Below are positions 29,040-39,454 of a stretch of DNA of 64,000 bases, in pieces. The stretch lies in assembly GCA_027078545.1 (NCBI GenBank), contig JALWXN010000004.1, positions 448,001-512,000 on the forward strand, read 5' to 3'. This DNA is from Nitrososphaeria archaeon. Its GTDB lineage: Archaea > Thermoproteota > Nitrososphaeria > Geothermarchaeales > JDFR-13. The notes below the pieces were generated by a model. It saw only the letters and a program-made list of their open reading frames with translations. It was not told the DNA's origin and made no database searches. The position numbers and the translations under genes were made by a program. The first letter of the stretch is position 1, and every line of letters starts with the position of its first letter.

Positions 29040-30374
29040 TAGGCCGTCAGGATCCAGTGCTGTGGCTACCCTCTCTACTGCCTCTACCCAGCCGTCATAC
29101 TCCAACTCGAGATATGGCTTCCTAACCATGCCCACTCCGTGGTGGTGGGATATCCCTCCATATCTTGCTGCCAGTGTTACCGCTCTCCTCCACATGTGGT
29201 GGTAGATATCTCCCAGCCTATCCCTCTCGATCAGGACTGTGAAGTATATTCCACAGCCCGCCGGGTGTATATGCCCGATATGTGCGGATACCCCAATCAC
29301 ACCATCCATTTCTAGGAGCGCCTCCCTCATCCCCCTGTAGAGCTTTGTGGCTCCGCTCCATAGTGGGGAGAACTCCATAGTCTCCACGGCTATCCCGGCT
29401 CTGTATAGCCTCTTGAGGTGGGCCATATATCTATACCTCTCCTCGAACCATCTCTCTACACCCTCTATCTCACTGGCCCTGCCGACTAGCCTCTCCAGTG
29501 CCTCGGCCCTAGCCTCTACATAATCCTCCATCTCTGCTGGGCCGTGGATCTCGTAGATTAGGGCGGCCCCATCCACGCCAAAGGTTACCTGTGTCTCCAC
29601 CTCGTCCAGAAGGCGTATCATGTCTGGCCTAGCCCTGTAGTGGGCTATCCTCCTAAGCCTCTCCACACCCTCCTCGAAGCTCTGTAGGAGTAGTCCTCTC
29701 CGGATACGTGTCTCGGGTGCTGGATAGGCCTGGAGATATGCCTTTGTGACTATGCCTATCAAGCCCTCCGATGATGTGAAGAGCCTCTCGGGGGGTAGGG
29801 GGAGGTTCCTCCTAGGGCTGGGCCCTATCCTTACATGGCCTACGGCGGGGATTACGGCCTCTAGACCAAGTAGGATGTCCTCGACTCCTCCATAGCCGGA
29901 GGAGTACATCCCGATGCCGCCCATTGCTATCAGGCCTCCCACCGTGGCAACTGATATTGACTGGGGTATCAAACCTGTTGTCCATCCCCTCCTGTTTAGC
30001 CAGTCCTCCAGCTCCCCAATTATGGCTCCAGCACCTACAGCGACTATCCCGCTCTCCTCGTCGTGCCACTCTATGCTGCATAGTCTCGAGAGGTCTATAA
30101 CAATCCTCTTTCTAGGCATGTATCTACCGACCACGTTTGAGCCTCCCGCATATATCGCTACGCCGAGCCCCTCCTCCCTGGCTATCCTGAGTATCCCCAT
30201 TATCTCCTCCTCGTCACCCGGTATGGCCACGATGAATCCGTCGTCCACCTCCTCATCCAGCTCGCTATGGATCCGGGTGACTATATAGTCCCTGGTGTAG
30301 GGTAGGATGTCTGGCCACCCGGTTATGACGTAGTCGTCGCCTAGGAGCTTCCTAAGCTTATCAGCGGGTCTCAC
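29028..30374 (-). CDS. FAD-binding oxidoreductase, alkyl-DHAP synthase/GlcD-like
   Basis: GGS, PQS...ATVGGLI, G..S.GYG, SEG..GIVT, ISHHHGVG. Confidence 0.8.
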   Translation of the reverse strand: MRPADKLRKLLGDDYVITGWPDILPYTRDYIVTRIHSELDEEVDDGFIVAIPGDEEEIMGILRIAREEGLGVAIYAGGSNVVGRYMPRKRIVIDLSRLCSIEWHDEESGIVAVGAGAIIGELEDWLNRRGWTTGLIPQSISVATVGGLIAMGGIGMYSSGYGGVEDILLGLEAVIPAVGHVRIGPSPRRNLPLPPERLFTSSEGLIGIVTKAYLQAYPAPETRIRRGLLLQSFEEGVERLRRIAHYRARPDMIRLLDEVETQVTFGVDGAALIYEIHGPAEMEDYVEARAEALERLVGRASEIEGVERWFEERYRYMAHLKRLYRAGIAVETMEFSPLWSGATKLYRGMREALLEMDGVIGVSAHIGHIHPAGCGIYFTVLIERDRLGDIYHHMWRRAVTLAARYGGISHHHGVGMVRKPYLELEYDGWVEAVERVATALDPDGLLRP

Positions 30375-31131
30375 CGAGATACACCTCCAGCGGGGTGTAT
30401 GCCTCTAGCCCCATACTCCTCATCCTTATGGCGGCTCTCCCACACTGTGTCAATATTGGTATATCTGTACCGGGCCTAGGGATCATTCTAAGTAGCTTCG
30501 GGGCTATGAGGTCTAGCCCACCGCTCCCCATGCACCTCTCCAGTATCCCCTTCTCCCGTCCGAAGACCCTTCTAAACCTCTCGATATACCCCCTATCCAA
30601 TTTGCAGGGTAGGTGTAGAATGTATCTCCCTATAGGGATCTTGATGTCGAGCTTCTCGAGGAGCTCTATGGTGTATGGCCCGGTATGGACGTCTATATCC
30701 TCGCTGTAGCCAGCTGGGAGTCTATACCTCTCCATCCAGCCATAGGAGACCGCCCTATACATGCTCCACGTATCTATTATCTCCAGCCTCATACCGGGTA
30801 GGACGGCCTCCCCAGCCTCGGGGCTAGGCATGTATATGGCCTCTTTCTCCATCCTCCTGGTTCTCGCGTCTCCCAGCCTACGCCTAGCGATCCTTATTAT
30901 GCTTGGGAGGTCGTTCTTCACTGGGCATGCCTCTCTACACCTATCGCATAGGCTGCAGTATCCACTGGCTAGGAGGAACTCCTCCCCACCCTTCACGAGC
31001 CCCCTGTATAGTGCCCTTGCTATATTCACTGGCCTGCTGGGTGTATACCTCGTGCCTAGGTAGACTGGGCAGCTGGGTGTACATGCCCCGGGGCAGAGGA
31101 GGCACTGTAGGAGTATCTCCTCGATATCCAT
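30361..31131 (-). CDS. Fe-S oxidoreductase subunit (GlpC/GlcF-like)
   Basis: CLLCPGACTPSCP and CSLCDRCREACP motifs; HLPC. Confidence 0.75.
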   Translation of the reverse strand: MDIEEILLQCLLCPGACTPSCPVYLGTRYTPSRPVNIARALYRGLVKGGEEFLLASGYCSLCDRCREACPVKNDLPSIIRIARRRLGDARTRRMEKEAIYMPSPEAGEAVLPGMRLEIIDTWSMYRAVSYGWMERYRLPAGYSEDIDVHTGPYTIELLEKLDIKIPIGRYILHLPCKLDRGYIERFRRVFGREKGILERCMGSGGLDLIAPKLLRMIPRPGTDIPILTQCGRAAIRMRSMGLEAYTPLEVYLGETR

Positions 31132-31198
31132 GGGAAGTATATCACGTCTACCTGGATATATCGGGTAAATATTTAGGGCCTCCCGGAATACTGGTTAC

Positions 31199-32746
31199 AT
31201 GGAGGCTCCTGAGAAGATACTTGTGGTGGAGTTTGGTAGCCAGTATAGCCACCTCATCGTGAAGCGTATCAGGCAGATGGGTGTCTATGCTGAGCTGATA
31301 TATCCTGAGGAGATTGGGGAGCGGCTGGGGCCAGAGGTGAGGGGTGTAGTCTTATCAGGGGGCCCCATGAGTGTATACGACCCCGGTAGCCCTAGGATTA
31401 GTAGGGATGACCTACTTAGTCTTGGCGTCCCAGTCCTCGGTATATGCTATGGACATCAGCTGGTAGCCCACCTGATGGGCGGGACGGTGGAGAGGAGTGA
31501 TGCTGGTGAGTATGGTGGTGTAGAGCTCACCTTGGTGGGTAGGCATAGGCTTGTCGAGGGTGTGCCCGACAAATCCGTTGTCTGGATGAGCCATAGGGAT
31601 GTGGTGGTCGAGCCGCCCCCAGGCTTCAGGAACCTAGGCTCTACTAGGTATGACAAGTACTCTATACTCGTCTCGGATGAGTATAGGATCTATACGACAC
31701 AGTTCCACCCGGAGGTGGTTCATACCGAGTATGGCGAGAGGATACTGAGGAACTTTGTATATGGGATCTGTGGCTGCAGGGGTGGCTACGACCCCTTCGA
31801 CATTGTGACCAAGTATATAGAGGAGAATAGGTGGCGTAGCGGGGAGAAAACTCTGGTGGCTGTGAGTGGGGGTGTCGACTCCACCGTCACTGCCTTTATC
31901 CTGAGGGAGATATTCGGGGATAACCTCCACCTAGTCTTCCTAGAGACGGGGTTCAACAGGGTTGGGGAGTCAGAGTTCGTCTCCCGGTTCTTCCCTGAGA
32001 GGGGGTTTAGATACGTCCATATAGTCGATGTTAGGCGGCGCTTCCTAGATGCGTTGAGGGGTGTGGCTGATCCGAGGGAGAAGAGGAGCGTCTTCAGTAG
32101 GCTTTACTTCGAGGTCTTGAATGAGGTTGTCTCTAGGCTTGAGGATAGGTATGGCTCCTTCCGATATCTTGGCCAGGGGACTCTATACCCGGATGTAGTC
32201 GAGACTGGGAGGACGAGTAGATACACAGATATGATTAAGGGGCATCACAACGTTCTGCACAGCGAGCTCTCCAGGCTTGAGCCCCTCGAGCCCCTTAGAT
32301 ATCTCTATAAGGATGAGGTTAGGGCCGTGGCTAGGAGGCTGGGTATTCCTAGGGAGGTCTATATGAAGCACCCCTTCCCGGGGCCCGGCTACCTGGTTAG
32401 GATCATCGGGCCGGTTGATGAGGAGAGGCTTGAGATTGTTAAGAAGGCCGACGCGATAGTTGTGGAGGAGCTCCGGAGATCTGGGCTCTACGAGGAGGTT
32501 TGGCAGGGCTTCGCCGCCCTCCTAGGGGTTAAGACCGTGGGTGTGAAGGGGGATACACGTAGCTATGAATATGCAGTGGCGATAAGGATCGTCCAGAGTG
32601 AGGATGGGATGACCGCGAGGCATTATGAGGCTCCGCATAGCCTCTTGGACAGGATTGCCCGGAGGATCCTTGACGAGGTGGATGGTGTGAATAGGGTCTT
32701 CTACGACCTCAGCGATAAGCCGCCAGCCACTATCGAGTATGAATAG
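31199..32746 (+). CDS. guaA: GMP synthase (fused glutaminase-synthetase)
   Basis: FGSQY, GICYG, QFHPE, SGGVDS, QGTLYPD, HPFPGPG, KPPATIE. Confidence 0.95.
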   Translation: MEAPEKILVVEFGSQYSHLIVKRIRQMGVYAELIYPEEIGERLGPEVRGVVLSGGPMSVYDPGSPRISRDDLLSLGVPVLGICYGHQLVAHLMGGTVERSDAGEYGGVELTLVGRHRLVEGVPDKSVVWMSHRDVVVEPPPGFRNLGSTRYDKYSILVSDEYRIYTTQFHPEVVHTEYGERILRNFVYGICGCRGGYDPFDIVTKYIEENRWRSGEKTLVAVSGGVDSTVTAFILREIFGDNLHLVFLETGFNRVGESEFVSRFFPERGFRYVHIVDVRRRFLDALRGVADPREKRSVFSRLYFEVLNEVVSRLEDRYGSFRYLGQGTLYPDVVETGRTSRYTDMIKGHHNVLHSELSRLEPLEPLRYLYKDEVRAVARRLGIPREVYMKHPFPGPGYLVRIIGPVDEERLEIVKKADAIVVEELRRSGLYEEVWQGFAALLGVKTVGVKGDTRSYEYAVAIRIVQSEDGMTARHYEAPHSLLDRIARRILDEVDGVNRVFYDLSDKPPATIEYE

Positions 32747-33797
32747 CGGTCTCCACGATCCTATCCCTGAGGCCTAGGAAGAGGTCTAGGTTCTCATCCC
32801 TATGTATCCTCGCCTTCCCAATCAAGACGCCGCTCACAAGTATAATAGCCTCCATACCCTCCCCCACAGATATCTTTAGGCTATACCTAGTCCTACCAAG
32901 TACTCTGTAACCCAGGTTCTCAGCCGTCTCGCTAAGCCTGTCTAGGCTCAGCCCAGCCACCACCTTGTTCACTATGTATATGGCCGAGCCGTCCCTTGAG
33001 CAGCTCATCTCTGCCTCGGGTATGGATACCTCTACTGGCTCTCCCCTAGGCCTATCCCCACATACTGGGCATGTCTCCACCCTCTCTATATCGATCTTCT
33101 CGAAGCTCATCTGCCTCAGGTCTATGTATAGGAGCTTCCCCGCTAGGCTGGGCCTCTTCCCGGTTATTATTTCAACCGCCTGCTCCACCTCGAGGGCAGC
33201 CACCAACGTGGTTATGCTTGGATGTACACCTACGGTGGCGCATCTAGGTGCATCCTCATCACTGTATACTGGGTAGAAGCATTCGAGGCAGGGTGTCTCC
33301 CTGGGTATGATAGTGGTGATGTTACCGTACATCTCAATCCCCCCGGCGAAGACGTAGGGCTTCCCGAGCTTGACGGCGGCCCTATTGACTATATGCCTAG
33401 CCGCCATGCTGTCGAGGCCGTCAACCACTACATCTGCCTGCCCAACAATCTCCTCAGCATTACCTTGGTGTATAGGCTCGGGGTAGCTAACGGTCTCTAG
33501 CCAGGGGTTGAGCTCCCTAAGCCTCTCCTCAGCCGCCTCCACCTTCGGCACATCGACGTCTGACAACCTATACAGAGGCTCCCTATGGAGATCGGTGGCG
33601 GACACGACATCCCTATCCACTAGGACGAGTCTACCAACACCCATAGAGGCGAGAAGCATAGCCGCGGGGCTACCCAGACCACCAAGACCAATAACCGCCA
33701 CCGTCGATCGGGACAGCCTCTCCTGGCCCTCAAGCCCAATATCCTCAAGAACTATCTGACGGGAATACCTCTCAAGCCAGCCAACATCCATTACCAC
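32730..33797 (-). CDS. MoeB/ThiF/UbaA E1-like adenylyltransferase
   Basis: RYSRQ, GLGGLG, D.D.V...DLHR, CLEC and CPVC motifs. Confidence 0.9.
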   Translation of the reverse strand: MVMDVGWLERYSRQIVLEDIGLEGQERLSRSTVAVIGLGGLGSPAAMLLASMGVGRLVLVDRDVVSATDLHREPLYRLSDVDVPKVEAAEERLRELNPWLETVSYPEPIHQGNAEEIVGQADVVVDGLDSMAARHIVNRAAVKLGKPYVFAGGIEMYGNITTIIPRETPCLECFYPVYSDEDAPRCATVGVHPSITTLVAALEVEQAVEIITGKRPSLAGKLLYIDLRQMSFEKIDIERVETCPVCGDRPRGEPVEVSIPEAEMSCSRDGSAIYIVNKVVAGLSLDRLSETAENLGYRVLGRTRYSLKISVGEGMEAIILVSGVLIGKARIHRDENLDLFLGLRDRIVETAIHTR

Positions 33798-33855
33798 ATA
33801 ACCATATCAACAGCCAGAGTCATTAAAGCAATACACCACCCAAGTACTCCGACAC

Positions 33856-35762
33856 CAACAAACCCTTCCTAGTCTGGTTCTAACGGGACCCGGAGTTCCA
33901 AGAGCTGATACGAGACAAGATAGTTCTTTCAACCCTTCCTAGTCTGGTTCTAACCTAAGCGCTACATATGGCTAGACTACGACACCAAGAGCGAAGCTTT
34001 CAACCCTTCCTAGTCTGGTTCTAACTCAAAATCCTTATGCAATACCCAGTCTCTATACCGCCAACTGCTTTCAACCCTTCCTAGTCTGGTTCTAACTATA
34101 TGGCTAGGCGTGATCCTCATACTCGTATACATACTTTCAACCCTTCCTAGTCTGGTTCTAACACTGCTTCTCGGCAGCCTAGGGAGGTTGATGATGCTGT
34201 TGCTTTCAACCCTTCCTAGTCTGGTTCTAACCTTTTCACTCGTGAATGATGTGATCAGGAAGGAACTGACTTTCAACCCTTCCTAGTCTGGTTCTAACGA
34301 CTATGAGGTATTACTAGGACTCTACGTGGGCAACGAGTTCCTTTCAACCCTTCCTAGTCTGGTTCTAACGTTTCAGGCTCTGCGAAGTCGATCATGGTGA
34401 ATGCGGTCTGCTTTCAACCCTTCCTAGTCTGGTTCTAACTTAACTATGTCGGGATTCCTGACATAGCGTGAAGACTGAATCTTTCAACCCTTCCTAGTCT
34501 GGTTCTAACAATCGAGTGGAATCTCAAATGTCGATGTGAGATTCGTCCTTTCAACCCTTCCTAGTCTGGTTCTAACCAGTTTCGACGACTCCCGCCCAGC
34601 TGGGTGCAGATACATATGTACTTTCAACCCTTCCTAGTCTGGTTCTAACCTGAGGGCGGACTTGTCTAGGGGGAATTGGGCTGGATATCTTCTTTCAACC
34701 CTTCCTAGTCTGGTTCTAACACCTCTGGGGCGAGAACCGGGACTATAGACACTACCCCCCTTTCAACCCTTCCTAGTCTGGTTCTAACATTAAACCGCCG
34801 TAAAAGTGATAATGCAATGGGAATAGCCTCCTTTCAACCCTTCCTAGTCTGGTTCTAACGAGATAGAGATTACAGCGAGGCATATAGAGTATATTCTGCA
34901 CCTTTCAACCCTTCCTAGTCTGGTTCTAACAAATGTAAGGACAGTGGGCACTACTATCTTTACTTCGATAACTTTCAACCCTTCCTAGTCTGGTTCTAAC
35001 TATACTGATGTGAACTATCATAGACAGTACGGTAGCTTCCTTTCAACCCTTCCTAGTCTGGTTCTAACACAGACACATAGACAGTACAGGCGTGATTACT
35101 CTTGTCGTTCTTTCAACCCTTCCTAGTCTGGTTCTAACCCTTGGATCACTACTTCGGTAAGTGTCAATGCATCTTGGGCTTTCAACCCTTCCTAGTCTGG
35201 TTCTAACTATTCCAAGAGTCTAACATCATGATATATGTTTTCGATCTTTCAACCCTTCCTAGTCTGGTTCTAACACGCTTGAGGATTTCTTCGAGCTTTA
35301 TTTCAAGCACGAGATCTTTCAACCCTTCCTAGTCTGGTTCTAACATTATGAGAAGTTCATGTCGCAACTGAGGAAGTTATACGATCTTTCAACCCTTCCT
35401 AGTCTGGTTCTAACCTATGTTCATCTTCGTATCGCTCACCATTGCTATCCTAATTCTTTCAACCCTTCCTAGTCTGGTTCTAACTACGGGGTGAATGTGG
35501 AGGCCGCCATGAAGGAGTTTCTCTCTTTCAACCCTTCCTAGTCTGGTTCTAACCCCCCAAGGCGTCAATAGCGCTCCCGCCACACCCAAGACTTTCAACC
35601 CTTCCTAGTCTGGTTCTAACTGTATAGTCACGATTCGTGTTGATGATGAGACGCTTAGGATTATGACTTTCAACCCTTCCTAGTCTGGTTCTAACACCCT
35701 CATTGAGATTGTAGCACTCCTATCAGGGATCGACTTTCAACCCTTCCTAGTCTGGTTCTAAC
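33856..35762 (-). CRISPR. CRISPR array 1: 28 repeats, 27 spacers (about 37-46 nt); repeat GTTAGAACCAGACTAGGAAGGGTTGAAAG (29 nt, minus strand)
   Basis: Identical repeats; degenerate trailer repeat at the left end; AT-rich leader at the right; GAAAG 3' end gives orientation. Confidence 0.98.
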
Positions 35763-35900
35763 CCGTGGGTTTTCTTCTGTTTCTATATAGGTATTTCTTG
35801 TGTTTCTCTTATTTAAGTTTTATGTGTGTCAAACCTCTGATCCTGCAGGGGGTTTATAAAGATGTGACGCAAAAAAGTATATAAACCCTTATAAAGGGGG
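35763..35900 (-). promoter_or_regulatory. CRISPR leader 1
   Basis: AT-rich; highly similar to 49935-50070; TATA-like elements. Confidence 0.85.
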
Positions 35901-35920
35901 TTAGGTGGGGAATCAGTTTG

Positions 35921-36532
35921 CTACTTTATTTTTCCGTCTATTATCTCTAGGGTTGTGTCTGCTATTCTGCGTATCTCTTCTCTGTGGCTTGCTATGATTA
36001 GTGTCTTCTCCCTATAGTTTTCCCTTAGGTGGTTTAGGAGTTTCTCCCTGTATCTCCTGTCTAGGTGGTTTAGGGGCTCGTCGAGGACTAGTATCTCCGG
36101 CTCTACTGCTAGGCCTCTCAGGATCGATACTAGTTTCTGGTATCCTGCCGAGAGGTTCTCGGCTGGTTCTTCTAGGATGTCTTCCAGCCCGAATATCCTG
36201 GCTATCTCAACTGCTCTTTCGAGGCTCTCCCCCCTTATCCTTAGTCCGTAGGCTATGTTCTCATATACACTCCTCCTGAGGATTACTGGCTTGTCATGGA
36301 TGTATACCGGCTTCTCCACATCTTCACGGTAGATGTCCCTGCCTCTGACTAGTATCCTACCGCTGAGAGGTGGTAATAGTCCTGATAACGCCTTGCATAG
36401 CGTGGTCTTCCCACTCCCGTTCTCACCCATCACAAGGGTTATCCCCCTCCCTATCTCCAGGTCTATCTCCCTTAGTATGGGTCTCCCGTTGTAGCCCAGC
36501 GATACCCTCACGAGCCGGATCATCTCCTCCAC
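35921..36532 (-). CDS. tupC: Tungstate ABC transporter ATPase
   Basis: GENGSGKTT, LDEP; operon with tupAB. Confidence 0.8.
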   Translation of the reverse strand: MEEMIRLVRVSLGYNGRPILREIDLEIGRGITLVMGENGSGKTTLCKALSGLLPPLSGRILVRGRDIYREDVEKPVYIHDKPVILRRSVYENIAYGLRIRGESLERAVEIARIFGLEDILEEPAENLSAGYQKLVSILRGLAVEPEILVLDEPLNHLDRRYREKLLNHLRENYREKTLIIASHREEIRRIADTTLEIIDGKIK

Positions 36533-37164
36533 CCCAGTAGCCTGATGATCGCTACGAGGACGAGGTCTATGAGGAGTAGGATGAGGCCTAGGCTTATCGC
36601 TAGGTCGAAGCGGCCCCTATGTATCTCCAGTGCAATCGCTGTTGTGAAGACCCTTGTGTATCCAGCTATGTTCCCCCCGAGCATGAGGGCTATACCCAGC
36701 TCACCCACTGCCCGCTGGAAGCCTATGACTATGGAGCCTATTATCCCCTCCCTATTCTCCTCCACTAGGAGCTCCACCACCTCCCTACCCCCCGCCCCAA
36801 AGGTCTTAGCCATCTCTATTAGCTCGCCCCGCTCCTTTGAGACCACCTCATATATCATGGAGGATATTAGGGGTGTGACTAGGACCGCCTGCCCAATTAT
36901 CATCGCCTCGGGGGTGTAGAGTAGGCGTAGTATGCCTAGTGGGCCTGACCTTGAGAGGAGTAGGTAGAGGAGTAGGCCTATAAGGACTGTTGGGAACCCC
37001 ATCAGGGTGTTCATGATTGATATGTATCCCCTTGAGAGCCTCCCACCCCTGTATACGGCGTAGATCGTGGCTGGTATGGACCATGTAGATGCCAGTAGGG
37101 CTGCGGATAGTGAGACGTATAGGCTCCTAAATGTTATCTCGACTATCTCTCCCGGTAGGCTCAA
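36520..37164 (-). CDS. tupB: Tungstate ABC transporter permease
   Basis: MGFPTVLIGL, SRSGPLG, GGNI.G.TRV.TTAI. Confidence 0.88.
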   Translation of the reverse strand: MSLPGEIVEITFRSLYVSLSAALLASTWSIPATIYAVYRGGRLSRGYISIMNTLMGFPTVLIGLLLYLLLSRSGPLGILRLLYTPEAMIIGQAVLVTPLISSMIYEVVSKERGELIEMAKTFGAGGREVVELLVEENREGIIGSIVIGFQRAVGELGIALMLGGNIAGYTRVFTTAIALEIHRGRFDLAISLGLILLLIDLVLVAIIRLLGWRR

Positions 37165-38033
37165 CCCCGATCGCCCGCCAGCTCCTCCCAGGTATCTCTG
37201 AGGCTACCCGTGTATTCAGAGGTCTTATAGAAGATCTTCGACCCAGCCTCTGAGTTGAAGGTCTCTATAAGTATGTCTATATTCTCGACTATGTAGTTGT
37301 AGAACCTCCTGGCCTCGTCGCCAGCCCCCTCCACCAGGTATATGCTGTAGATGTTTATCAGCTCCGTGCCACCCTCATATAGCTTCTCCAGTGCTATCCT
37401 CCCCTCCTTCCTATATATGACGTAGGTTCCTATGTCGCTCAGGGTGTATCCGCCCATCTCGTCCGTGATTAGGAGGGTCTGCCCCATGCCTGAGCCGCTC
37501 TCGATGTACCAGTCGCCACTGGGCTCTATCCCTGCCAGCCTCCATAGCTCAAGCTCCTTCACATGTGTCCCGCTATTGTCCCCCCTGCTTATGAATATGG
37601 CTCTGCCCTCCAGCCCGGCTTGGTAGATCCTCCTGAACGCCTCTATAGGCGTCTCCGCACTGGATATGTTTGCAGGGTCGTCTGGGGGGCCCACTATCAC
37701 GAAGTAGTTGTACATGATTATCCTACCCTCCCTCAGGACGCCCTTCTCGATATACTCCTTCTCCAGGCTGGGGGCGTGGGCGAAGACCACCTCTCCATCG
37801 CCCCGTGCAGCGGCCTCCAGGGCTGCACCGCTCCCTAGGGAGACGATCTTGACTATGCTGCCTGGGTATAGGGATTCGTATCCCTCCCGGGCCATGTCTA
37901 GGAAGCCTGTGGCATAGAGGGATGTGGTGGTTACTACCACGACCTCTGACCCGGGCCTGTATATCCATGTGTAGATGGATGCCACGAGTAGGAGGGCAGC
38001 AGCTATGACTAGTATCCATCTATATAGTGGCAT
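37161..38033 (-). CDS. tupA: Tungstate ABC substrate-binding protein
   Basis: TTTS, GSG.AL, SRGDNSGTH.KE, GSGMG. Confidence 0.9.
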   Translation of the reverse strand: MPLYRWILVIAAALLLVASIYTWIYRPGSEVVVVTTTSLYATGFLDMAREGYESLYPGSIVKIVSLGSGAALEAAARGDGEVVFAHAPSLEKEYIEKGVLREGRIIMYNYFVIVGPPDDPANISSAETPIEAFRRIYQAGLEGRAIFISRGDNSGTHVKELELWRLAGIEPSGDWYIESGSGMGQTLLITDEMGGYTLSDIGTYVIYRKEGRIALEKLYEGGTELINIYSIYLVEGAGDEARRFYNYIVENIDILIETFNSEAGSKIFYKTSEYTGSLRDTWEELAGDRG

Positions 38034-38119
38034 CCCGGACCACTACTAGAGATATTCCCTGCCCGGCGTAATATCACCTGTTTATAGATGGAGTGGGAGA
38101 CACACTTATATGGTCATAG

Positions 38120-39454
38120 ATGCTGAGGGCTAGGATAGATGGGGCTGGGTATAGGGATAGGCCAGTGCTTAGGGATCTCGAGCTAGATGTTGATGGGGAG
38201 AGGGTATTGATAGCTGGTGCCTCGGGCTCCGGTAAGACCACCCTCTTCCTAGCCGTGACGGGTGTCCTAAGCCATCTCCTAGACGGCTATGTGGATGGGG
38301 AGGTGGATATCTCCGGCTACGACCCACTGGAGCATGGCTTGGAGGGGGTGGCTGAGAGGATAGGCATCGTACTCCAGGACCCTGAGAGGCAGCTCGCCAT
38401 GCCAGTGGTTAGGGATGAGGTTCTCTTCACCCTGGAGAACCTTGGCTTAGAGCCTGATGAGGAGTATGTCGAGGATCTCCTGGCCCGCTTCGGACTAGCC
38501 GCGTTGGGGGATAGGCATGTGGAGGAGCTCTCGGGGGGTGAGAAGAGGAGGCTCACTATGCTTACCGCGGTCGCCCATAGCCCCGACACCATCCTGCTCG
38601 ACGAGCCCACAGCCTCGCTCGACCCCTGGGGTATTAGGGATGTCCGTAGATTTGTTGAGGGGCTGGATGAGGCGGTTATTATTGAGCATAAGGCCGGCTA
38701 CTTCACCGACCTGGTGGATCGGATATATGTGCTGCGGGGTGGGAGGCTTGTCGAGGCCCATCCGGAGGAGCTTGAGGGGATGGGTGTCGATACGGCTCCC
38801 CGTAGGAGGCTCCCACCTATAGAGCCTGTTAGGCGTGGCCCGGCGTTGGAGGCGAGGGATCTAGTTGTTGGGTATGACGAGCCTGTGCTGGAGGGTTTAG
38901 ACCTAGTGGTGGAGCGTGGGGAGGCGGTCGCCATAGTCGGGCCTAACGGGTCTGGGAAGTCCACCCTCCTCAAGACGATAGCCGGTTTCATCGAGCCGCT
39001 GGATGGGCGGATTAGGCTATATACAGAGCCGCTCTACCTCCCCCAGGAGCCCGACATATTCTTCCTCCACCCCACTGTTAGGGACGAGATCCTGAGCGTC
39101 TCTGGTGAGGAGGCCCTCAGCCTCTTCCCTAGGGAGCTACACCCGATGCCTCCATACCTCCTGAGCCATGGGGAGAGGAGGCGTCTCCTCCACCTATTGG
39201 CTAGGCTCTATGGGCATGGCCTCCTACTACTGGACGAGCCCACTACTGGCCTGGACCTGGAGAACTATCTATCCATAGCGACGGATCTAGTTGGGATGAA
39301 GCGGGGTGGTAGGGCATTATTGATAGCTACCCATGACCCGAGGCTTGTGCTTGACGTCTGTGACAGGGCATACATCATCGGTGATGGGCTTAGAGAGGTT
39401 GGTAGCGAGGAGGCTGCTGAGTATCTCCTCGAGCCGGTGATGGGTATTGCATAG
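38120..39454 (+). CDS. ECF transporter double ATPase
   Basis: Two Walker A/B sets; LQDPERQ. Confidence 0.85.
   Translation: MLRARIDGAGYRDRPVLRDLELDVDGERVLIAGASGSGKTTLFLAVTGVLSHLLDGYVDGEVDISGYDPLEHGLEGVAERIGIVLQDPERQLAMPVVRDEVLFTLENLGLEPDEEYVEDLLARFGLAALGDRHVEELSGGEKRRLTMLTAVAHSPDTILLDEPTASLDPWGIRDVRRFVEGLDEAVIIEHKAGYFTDLVDRIYVLRGGRLVEAHPEELEGMGVDTAPRRRLPPIEPVRRGPALEARDLVVGYDEPVLEGLDLVVERGEAVAIVGPNGSGKSTLLKTIAGFIEPLDGRIRLYTEPLYLPQEPDIFFLHPTVRDEILSVSGEEALSLFPRELHPMPPYLLSHGERRRLLHLLARLYGHGLLLLDEPTTGLDLENYLSIATDLVGMKRGGRALLIATHDPRLVLDVCDRAYIIGDGLREVGSEEAAEYLLEPVMGIA

Noticed and set aside
32730-33855. E1-like gene downstream of array 1 as a CBASS/Bil-type defence component
   Set aside because: Ordinary MoeB/UbaA features, with MoaD, AOR and Tup genes nearby; no E2, JAB or cyclase adjacent
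35001-35109. Adjacent array 1 spacers share CATAGACAGTAC
   Set aside because: Flanks are unrelated and the likely reading frames differ; probably chance
34010-35598. ORFs 34010-34276 and 35410-35598 with repeated VRTRLGRVE
   Set aside because: Translations of CRISPR repeats, not genes
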